Source: Geosiphon pyriformis uo1 (Eukaryota > Fungi > Glomeromycota). Taken from it: a DNA stretch of 7,441 nucleotides. Every line of letters begins with the position of its first letter. Within the stretch, counting starts at the first letter, position 1. The stretch is from the NCBI GenBank assembly GCA_016748015.1, contig JAAOMT010000407.1, positions 1 to 7,441 on the forward strand, given 5' to 3'. Below, piece by piece: positions 1-7,441 of this stretch. A model generated the notes under the pieces. That model was given only the letters and a program-made list of their open reading frames with translations, was not told where the DNA came from and did no database searches. The position numbers were made by a program, and so were the translations under genes.

Positions 1-31
<31 letters not shown>
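1..31 (+). repeat. Poly-G homopolymer (31 nt) at the window edge
   Basis: Directly visible. The length may be an assembly or two-colour sequencing artefact, although natural G tracts occur elsewhere in the window. Confidence 0.95.
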
Positions 32-32
<1 letters not shown>

Positions 33-1680
33 GGGATTGGGATACACGCTTAAAAGGCCTAATAACGGGAGCTTCTCTATTGGCAAGGTCTGGCAGGGGA
101 TCCCAACTAAGATGTTCAACAGATCCTCATGGATTCATACTCAATTCAGGGCTTATAACTAATGGGGGGAGGGTGGGGGGGGGGCGACTCATGTGGTGTC
201 CAAGTACTCATTGGCAATGGCTCAAAGCTTATGACCTCTCGAAAAGGCTCAGACCATTGACTGTGGACCATTTCTGAGGGATCCGGATAATGGAGCTCTA
301 AACAAAAGGGATAGGCTTATTATACTGGGTTTAAGCTAATTGGTATTTCGCATTTTAGGGACCAAGTATTACAGGGGGGCCTTTACTTGTACTTGTATTT
401 AATGTATGGCAACATTTAGAGTCAAAGTCAGTACTTCACTTATTGTAATCTATTTTCAAGGATGCTTTACCAGTCAAGTCTATAGAAGAAGCCTTTAAAG
501 AGTACCAAGTAGGATTATGGGGACCATAAGGATGCTATATGTGATTGGTAGTACCAAAGCTTTCATTAGGGTCTTTATAATACAAAGGCCCCTCTGTAGG
601 CACTTTGCAGTCCAATACTTAGATATCTACTCACTTTATAGGATTTTCCAAGCATGGCTTTAAGGCATCATTCCAAGATTGACTGGGGACTTATGAGGCT
701 CGGGGAGCTTACCAGTTAATGGCTCTACTAATCATGGGCAGGGCAGGGATTTCATCAGGTATAAAGCAAAGTATCGTTGCCCATGCAAAAGTAAAGAATA
801 AGGGTACTACTACTTTGGATTTGATTTGCAAGTAGTGTTAAAGTAGTCATAAAGTCTGCTTTCCGAGTCAGTAGTACTCATGGGATCCAAGTATTCCCTA
901 AAGATAAAGGCTAGCGCACAGGCTCCAATGGCATGTCCACTCCGCCTACAACACAAAGTTCAATTAGCCCTATGGGGCTTCGCAAGCGCCTGCGCATAGG
1001 GAGCTCCGGGGGTATACCCATGATCCCCTAAAGAAGACAGGGCTTCTGAAATCTACATAAGGATGGTGCAAGCATATGGCGCTCTGGAGCTAACATAGAG
1101 AATGGTATCCTCCGGGATACAAATAAGGGATCCCCAAAACAGCGTGCTTAGCGCAGGGGGCTTTAAGCATACAACACCAACAACTACGTATACCTTCTGA
1201 TAAAAGCAGGGGACAACTAAAAAGGGGGTAGATCCGTGGGGGATCCCCAAATTCCAGGTATCAAACACGGGTATCCAAAACCACTCGTGATCGCCAAACT
1301 ACGGGTAATCAACCTCCAAACCACCTGTTGACTCCAACTCAAAGGGGGGGGGGGGCCCGGGGGCTCCCTTTGATCCCATATACGGTCAAGGGGGGGTAGT
1401 CTATGAGATCCCATGATGACCAATTGGGTGGGTGGGTAGTACATCCATGAGGGTACTCATGTAGTGAGTAATAAAGTAAGGTAAAGTCAAGTAAATGTCA
1501 AAGTGTCAAAGTCATGTAAGAGTAGTCATCAAGTCCTCAGGTAATAGTCAAGAAATTGAGGTAAATGGTATGGCAAAGTAATCAACTATTAGCCCTTTTC
1601 AGGCCAATCAGTAAGGCCCTATGCATAATCGAAAATGGTGGGTAATCAAATCCACACTACTAACAAGGGCCCAAAAACTC
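32..1680 (-). pseudogene. Degenerate coding-like region, product unknown; strand and frame uncertain
   Basis: The minus frame containing track ORF 1217..1444 reads continuously when stops are taken as Q/R, e.g. QFLDYYLRT**LLLHDFDTL, SPAFIRRYT*LLVLYA*SPLR and YLVLFKGFFYRLDW*SILENRLQ*VKY. The + strand G tracts become poly-Pro on this strand. However, a second minus frame (ATG 1460, containing ORF 1053..1268) and the in-register + frame also look plausible. Confidence 0.25.
968..1001. repeat. Inverted repeat / stem-loop
   Basis: CCCTATG (968-974) pairs with CATAGGG (995-1001), enclosing an inner GCTT-CGC-AAGC (977-987). Confidence 0.4.
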
Positions 1681-1705
1681 ATTTGTGACCAAAGGTACCA
1701 CCACA

Positions 1706-2632
1706 ATGAGCCCCCAGAGAAGCCTAAACAAGAACCCCCAAATCCCCTGTCAACCACCGGGTCCCCCATACATGGCACCCATCAAACACTCAAACTCATC
1801 CCACTCCCCTAGGGTACCAAGGACCACCAACTACACAAACCAACTGGACAAGGTCGTGTCCACCAAGTACCCAACATCAAAACCATCCAACACTGGTGAC
1901 ACCCATATGAACAGTACCAATCCTGGGTACTAAAAACCCAACAACCATTACAAAGGCAAATACAACCACACCTAACCCAAGTAATGGATGTCCCCTACCA
2001 ACAGTCAGGTTCAACTGGTACCCAATTACAACCAACCCCACCCAACCCATCAAACCCAATGACGCTTTGACATGAGATCCTCTACTCAGATCTGGTACCA
2101 CAAACTCCATTTGGGGACAACAAAGAGTACAAGATCCCTACCTAGTGGGGGCATAAACCAACCTACTAAACACTAGTTGATCCCTGTGTACCATAAAACC
2201 AGAGCCCAAAGGCCCCATCAACTACCCCCTGGTATCCCCAAACTTACACCATCTGACCAAACCATAGGGTCCCAAGTATATATCTTAGAATAAGCGTGTC
2301 TAAGCCAAAGAGTCTTTTGCTCTGGATAGACAACCCAACTGTACCATAATTATACTTGGTGTGGTATCCCACCAAATCGGACAAAGTAGTCATCCTCATG
2401 GTATAGGGAAAAACCACATACTAGGTATTACTCCAACTCAAAAAACCACAAACTTCAAAACCACTACCATACTACCCACAAAGCCTACCATCCATGCAAT
2501 ACCAATCCACATCCACCATACCACAATCCACATACTACCCACATGACACAGGATCTAGATTCCCCTAGGGCCAGGCAACCCCCCAATAAACCCATACAAA
2601 CAACCCACAGGATCTCGATACCAACACAATAG
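1706..2632 (+). pseudogene. Decayed ORF (~309 codons), Pro-rich and probably acidic in the ancestor; product unknown
   Basis: ATG at 1706 lies in a CCACCACA-ATG context. There are eight internal stops (1931, 1973, 1982, 2060, 2174, 2291, 2327, 2387). The first 75 codons contain 0 E, 2 D and 1 A but 8 N, 5 K and 8 T, as expected from GNN->ANN change. Back-mutation gives a natural-looking acidic region (e.g. YQEPDDHYEGEYD). The true start and end are uncertain. Confidence 0.4.
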
Positions 2633-3448
2633 GTGCAAAAGGCCCCACCATATTCCACAATATCTCCCCCACAAGTGCCAAAGGCTACCACAATACCCTA
2701 CATTACACACTACCAACACACTCTACCCTACCAAGCCCAATCCACCCCACACAGGGCCATAGGCCCTACCAGACCTACTACCCACACACATTACACAATA
2801 CCTCTACTACCCATACCCAAAAGGCCCCATAGGTGCAAAATGCCTACCATTCCCCTATAAGCCCCCAGGCTAGAAGCAAAATACCCTACCCAAAAGGACC
2901 CATACCCCCGCATAGGTGATCCATAAGCCTCGAGGATCCTACGTATTTCCCTAATAACACAACCCATCCAAGATACCCCAATCCCCTATCCCATACCCCA
3001 CACACCCAAACCTTGCTTGCCATGCTATCGCACACATACCAACCCATAGGCTGCCTCCAGTACCAAGATCCCAATACCCCAATACCTATAGGAGCAATCT
3101 CCACTATCCCTCTACTACCCAGTGCAAGAGGCAACCATACCATATCCCATCCCACCATACCCAATACTACTACACATTCCATACTACCCATATTACCCAC
3201 CTATAGGAGCACATGCCCCAATACCCTTACCACACCAGGGCCATAGGCCCCACTACGGCTGCCTACTACCACAGGGACCAAAGGCTGCCTACCAACCCCA
3301 CACCATACAACATACTACCCATATCCCACATCCCACAAAGCCCCGTTGCCCAGGCCAAACCAGACCCCAATACAACACCCTCTAGGGCCATAGGCACAAT
3401 ACCTACTCCAATAAGACCCATTCATACCTCCCAGGTGCCATAGGCCCC
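2629..3448. repeat. Array of degenerate triloop mini-hairpins (consensus GGGCC-ATA/AAA-GGCCC) separated by C/A-rich spacers
   Basis: Units include AGGGCC-ATA-GGCCCT (2753-2767), GGGCC-ATA-GGCCC (3238-3250), GCC-ATA-GGC (3387-3395, 3437-3445), GCC-AAA-GGC (2677-2685) and TAGGTGC-AAA-ATGCCTA (2830-2846). Duplicated words: ATAGGTGCAAAA (2629, 2829), CCTATAGGAGCA (3085, 3200) and CCAwAGGCTGCCT (3044, 3278). Confidence 0.65.
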
Positions 3449-4314
3449 AAGACCCTATCCACTACCAATACCAACCCTACTACCACCACACTGGTGCCCT
3501 GGCCCATAAAAGACCACCTTCCACAATACCTACACACTACCCAGCCCATGCCTAGATACCCAATAACCCAACCCAGAATACTACTAACACTAAGACTACT
3601 CCTCCCACTACTCTGACTCAACTATAACACCTATACCCTCAAACTCCTCAATACCCAATATTAACCTATTCCAACCACTCACAACACCAATACCCTAAAG
3701 ACCCTCTGACTTGTATCCAATACCCACTAAAACTATTACTACACCTATAACACTAAATACAACTTGTATTCCCTACTACCCCTCCAGACTCCAACCCAAC
3801 CAGGGAACCTCAATCACCAGTCATCGCGATAGGACACCTTATAGAGCCTACCTACAACTCCCCATTACTACACTATAACTACTACCCTACCACCATAAGC
3901 CTACAACTCTTACACCTAACACTATTACTACAAAGATTACACTACTCCACAGTACAGTCGGATCCAGTCTATACACTGGGTATTACCACTACTGACCCTC
4001 CACAAGGACCATCACTACCTCTAAAGCCACCTACAACCCAAATACCACTAGAGCACAGCAACCTGTTACCACCTCTAGCCCACGGATACCTACTCTACCT
4101 AGGGGCCCACTCCAACTACAATACAACTCCATATACTACTCTACTCCACTAATACTCTAACTACACTGATACCAATTACCTACTAACAACTATCCAAATA
4201 CTACCCTCTAACCTCCTCTAGATCAACTACTACCAGGATACCATCACTACTCACTATATACCAACTATTCAACCAACCACCAACCAACCCAACCCAACCC
4301 ACGATCCACACCGG
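3421..4314 (+). pseudogene. Decayed ORF, product unknown; the same frame may continue to ~5050 or beyond
   Basis: Frame +1 is stop-free for 131 codons (3757-4149), and all 10 stop triplets in that span fall in the other two frames. It is absent from the track because it lacks a start codon. CTA, TAC, ACT and ACC codons are abundant, consistent with G->A/C->T products of CTG, CGC/CAC, GCT and GCC (e.g. SLQLLHLTLLLQRLHYSTVQSDPVYTLG). In 4321-5040 only 4 of about 29 stop triplets are in this frame. Confidence 0.35.
4270..4300 (+). repeat. Imperfect (CCAA/CCCAA)n simple repeat at the right boundary of the G-poor domain
   Basis: CAACCAACCACCAACCAACCCAACCCAACCC is directly visible; G content rises abruptly after ~4312. 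Confidence 0.8.
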
Positions 4315-4592
4315 TAAAAGGGGGGTCTAAACCAAGGTCTGATCCCCAAGCAAGTGGTAACGTTCGCGCACAAATCATCACTTAGCAAGGCTATATCCAC
4401 TCTCTTATCCACCAATCAAGCATCAGTTTTAAAGCAGGTATAATACCTGTACTTGAAATGGCAGAGGGATCTATTCAAACTCCCATCGCAAGATCCCCCT
4501 TTATCCCTTTATACGTGTCAATAGTGGGTCCCCACCAAACCCAAGAGTGTAAAGAGTAGTATGATCCCCAATTGTACTTATTCCCCTATAAT

Positions 4593-4642
4593 GGGCTTGG
4601 GGGGGGGTAGTGTGGGACGGGGGGGAGTGCCTGGGGGGGGGG
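4593..4642 (+). other. G-tract cluster with G-quadruplex potential
   Basis: At least four runs of three or more G with short spacers. Similar clusters occur at 164-184, 1344-1396, 6893-6948, 7056-7092 and 7371-7419. Confidence 0.55.
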
Positions 4643-6211
4643 CGCCCATTAAAACCTTATGGGCCCAAAGCCTAAAAGCCCTATATAGACATCACTACTG
4701 CAAGACCCATTACAACCCCTCACAGCCATCCACCAATACCAACAATCAACAATGGGATCAGTACCTGCAGCCCCAAGCAGGGGGGTCGTACGGGCTATAG
4801 TCCAAGTTGTACCATTATAGGCAGGGATCACAAGTAACCTACGCTTGGGCACAAAGTAATGCTTAAAGGTACTTATTACTGGGAGCCTTAACACTTGTAA
4901 TCCTTGTACTCTCCATCATGAGAGGGGGCATACCCTTACTTACTTGCCAGAACCTGATTACTGAGGACCTCCCAAGTACTCTTGTCCTAGAAACTAGAAA
5001 GGATCCCCTATTCATGGTCAAAGTCCACCAACACTATGAAGTTTACTGTTAGTATGCTGACAAACTACCCACATTATGCAAGTAAGGGATCATACACAAG
5101 AACTAGTACCAACCACCACTCCAAAAAGCTTACTCAAATAGTACTGTAAATTGGGACTGTAAAAGAGATATGCTCTACTTAGACCATCCAGGAACAATTA
5201 AGTGTATAGGACCATAAGGTACAATTTCTAGCAGTTGACTGTCTCCAACTATGGACCAGGCTGGAGGAGCATACCAAAACCCAAAAGCTCAAAGGGATCC
5301 ATACAACAACCCAACACATACATGTACCATCCAGAGGGATCCAAGACACTCAGATCAGCTGTCTATGAGGGTAAAATGGGGTATAGGGTGGCTCAAGTAT
5401 TGGTACAAGGGTCCAACAGTACAAGTCATGAAAAAACCAAAGTAAAAAGTAATCCATCATCAGTGTACACGATACAACAAATACTCTAACGGCAGGATGT
5501 ATATCATGAAGTGCCATGATGTATGGTAAACAAGTAAGGAGTACTCAAATACCCAAAACCAGTACAAGTAGTATGCAAAGGTTCTTTTAGGGGCCTATCA
5601 AATACTCTCCAAAACGGACTACATAGTCACAAGAGATACCTACCCATAGGGCCTGGTCATAACCACTTCAAAGTTCATGGCTACAAACCTTAAACTATTG
5701 GGATGTAACCTATAAGGTAGTAAACCCAAGCAAGTATCCCTACTCCCCATCCAATACCATAATAAAGGGGACCAAGCGCACCTGTACTATAGAGTAGGCA
5801 AATAGAGGTAGCTAGTAGAAGTATTACCCAATAGGACGTCCTTGCAGCTATCCGCCTGGGTCCCATATAGGTAATGGATAGATCCCAGTAAATACCTGGA
5901 TAGGAGGTATGTATAATAAGTCTACTGTTGGCCAAGCAAGCGTACTTAAAGAGAGCCCATTTGGGGACTTGTCTAACCCATATGCCACACAAACCCAACC
6001 CTACCGCGAGTCAACTGAACGGGGGGCTTAAGGCTACAAAAATTGATGTCTATGAGGGGGACCTATTAATAGGGGTAGTGTACCGTAATGGGGGGCTACG
6101 GCATGATCCATGCTAAACTAAGGTCTGACAAAGTAGTAAGTACCACACCATGAAGAAAGGGATCCCAAAAGCTCTGAGATGAGGCAGTACAAGGGGAGTG
6201 ACTATTTGTTA

Positions 6212-6231
6212 TAAACTCTAAACTCTAAACT
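6212..6231 (+). repeat. Short tandem repeat (TAAACTC) x ~2.9
   Basis: TAAACTC TAAACTC TAAACT, flanked by near-identical ACTATTTGTT and ACTATTGTT. Confidence 0.75.
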
Positions 6232-7291
6232 ATTGTTGGGCCCCCATAACCTCCTCTAATCAAATTTAGGGGATGGATTGGTATAAAAGGACTGTATCAG
6301 TGTAGCTACCATAAAGCTATCCAAACATTAAGGTATTTTGCACACAGGAGTAAGGCTTGTACTATGAGGGGGGTTTAACAGGTAGATCGGGGGTTGTCAG
6401 GATTGTGTATAAGACTCTCCCAATGTAACCTTCCCAATCCCCTAGTTATGTATACGCATTAGATGCCGGGTCTTTTATCCCTGATGCAAAACCCAATACT
6501 CGATAGGGTAAGATTGGTAGTCCTAGAGCCCTGGGGGTATTGTTGTATGCTTAAGCAACCTGTAGATGCTTCTTTGTATCTGGGATCGCTGCTCTAGGAG
6601 TAATAGACCATTTAAGGGAGCTTCTTGGAACCACAATAATAGGCATAAGGAGTACAAAACTTTTGCCTGGCCCTCCACCCCAATGGTACTTCTAACTGGG
6701 GCCCAATCCCATATAACCCCAATAGGTTGCTAAAGCTTCCCCAAGTAGCCAATGAACCAGCCATACATAAATAGAGTTCGAGTTCCAACTATATCTGAGC
6801 AGTTGTGGATATATCAGTGTTCGAGGAGTCCATATGGATGGTAGTACTGTCCAGGGATATGGATACCATACTCAGAACAAGTAAGTTGTTTTGGGGTTGG
6901 AGACCCAGGGGTATTGGGGGGGGGGGTGGGGTGTGGGGATCGGGGGGGTATCAAGTAGAAAAAACAAAGGGGCTTGATTGTAATGGCCTGCCTCCTACCC
7001 TATCATGTGTCCCTTTCGTGAGCTGTCAAGACTTGTCATTGCTCAAAGGCTTATCGGGGGACCGGGCTCAAGGGTGGGGGGGGGTTCTAGGGCCTGTGCT
7101 GTAACAGTACTCAAGTAAAGGGGGTATATACGGAGATCAAGATTCTCTATGCATATCCTAAGTCAACCAATATACTTTGTACCAGGGCTAGTAAGCTTAA
7201 AGCTGCTTATAATGAAGGTCTGTTTGCAAGAGGGAAAGTATTTGTCAGTACTTATGATGTCAATCAATAATGCACTCTACAAAAGTAACGT

Positions 7292-7321
7292 ATACTCCAT
7301 TATGGTTGTAGAACGGAGTAT
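7292..7321. repeat. Inverted repeat, 10 bp arms with one mismatch
   Basis: ATACTCCATT (7292-7301) and AACGGAGTAT (7312-7321). The single mismatch is exactly a CpG->CpA change in the left arm. Confidence 0.5.
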
Positions 7322-7441
7322 CCATTGGATCCAGGTCCCACTGGGTCCTGTAACGTGTGTAAAAGTATACGGGGGGGGGGGTTTGGGGGGAGGTGGGGGG
7401 GGGGTATTGAGCAAGGGGGCCTCCGGCCAACCAATAGGTCC

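Larger units (their letters stand above)
1..7441. mobile_element. Hypermutated (RIP-like) relic of a repeated, multi-ORF element of unknown class; probably extends beyond both window ends
   Basis: CpG is strongly depleted: about 90 by hand count versus several hundred expected from the approximate base composition. TpA exceeds ApT (12 vs 4 in 3721-3780; 8 vs 3 in 5521-5580). The supplied track has no ORF longer than 104 aa, yet long frames read as protein-like if stops are treated as CAA/CAG/CGA. That it is a mobile or repeated element is inferred from the mutation signature only; I saw no mobility gene or termini. Confidence 0.45.
4315..7441. pseudogene. Degenerate coding-like DNA (one or more decayed ORFs); strand and frame unresolved
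   Basis: Several frames give long protein-like text interrupted by stops, e.g. minus-strand RF*WAPPPQALPPVPHYPPPSPL near 4590-4660 and TYWLAGGPLAQYPPPTSPQTPPPVYFYTRYRTQWDLDP from 7439. G tracts on + suggest poly-Pro on the minus strand, but stop counts do not single out one frame. Confidence 0.2.

Noticed and set aside
827-859. C-x2-C-x6-C (CK*C*SSHKVC), resembling the first half of a Zn(II)2Cys6 cluster
   Set aside because: The second C-x2-C-x6-C half is absent, two stops fall inside the motif, and the frame is unproven.
1602-1611. GGCCAATCAG, a CCAAT-box match that could serve a bidirectional promoter
   Set aside because: CCAA is highly over-represented in this sequence and the site may lie within decayed coding DNA, so a single match is not supportable.
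2629-3448. CRISPR array
   Set aside because: The palindromic units are only 9-17 bp, non-identical and irregularly spaced, the spacers are low-complexity, and no cas-like ORF is present.
1640-4312. APOBEC3-hypermutated retrovirus, or animal mitochondrial DNA (also C/A-rich and G-poor)
   Set aside because: I saw no LTR, PBS, gag or pol motifs, and GG dinucleotides are preserved. No mitochondrial protein, tRNA or rRNA is recognisable.
4940-4978. Minus-strand YLGGPQ*SGSGK* resembling a Walker A motif
   Set aside because: It does not fit GxxxxGK[ST]: the first G is misplaced and no S/T follows K. I saw no Walker B context.
5046-5141. Possible fungal intron signals (minus-strand TACTAACAG at 5046-5054; + strand GTAAGG...TAG at 5082-5141)
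   Set aside because: GTA, TAG and CTAAC are inflated by the mutation bias, the two signals are on opposite strands, and no exon frame can be validated.
4870-5720. Hydrophobic segment (YLLLGALTLVILVLSIM) followed by scattered Cys, suggesting an env-like glycoprotein
   Set aside because: C->T/G->A decay and antisense reading both create hydrophobic, Cys- and Tyr-rich text, and competing frames are equally plausible here.
4270-6272. Telomere-like repeats (CCCAA at 4288-4300; CTCTAAA and TTTAGGG near 6216-6271)
   Set aside because: There are too few units, no canonical tandem CCCTAA or CCCTAAA, and the positions are internal.
80-7104. The short ORFs in the supplied track as functional genes
   Set aside because: All are 61-104 aa, overlap in conflicting frames, have compositions dictated by local skew (P/T/H/Y/I on +, G/V/W/M on -) and show no recognisable domain. 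They are best explained as fragments or shadows of decayed frames.
1-7441. Alternative genetic code with stop-codon reassignment
   Set aside because: All three stops would need reassignment, and the accompanying loss of E/D/A codons and CpG is explained more simply by transition hypermutation.

Overview
I found no intact, recognisable gene, RNA gene or CRISPR array in this window. The DNA looks like formerly GC-rich, largely coding sequence that has been heavily eroded by C->T/G->A transitions. By hand count there are about 90 CpG in 7.4 kb, TpA far exceeds ApT in sampled lines, GTA/TAC is very abundant, and CC/GG runs are spared. This resembles RIP- or methylation-driven decay of a repeated element, most plausibly in a fungal genome (inference). 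There are three compositional domains: a left flank (1-~1640) and a right flank (~4315-7441) that carry all the long G tracts on the + strand, and a central, extremely G-poor, C/A-rich block (~1640-4312). The central block holds two stop-riddled + strand reading frames (1706-2632 and ~3421-4314). Between them lies an ~820 bp array of short inverted repeats such as GGGCC-ATA-GGCCC and GCC-AAA-GGC. Reversing CpG decay turns these into C-GNA-G triloop mini-hairpins (GGGCC-GTA-GGCCC, GCC-GAA-GGC, GGCGC-GAA-GCGCC). This array is the most distinctive structure. I could not recognise a transposase, reverse transcriptase, integrase, recombinase or capsid motif, and I could not fix the reading frame or strand of the flanking relics by eye.
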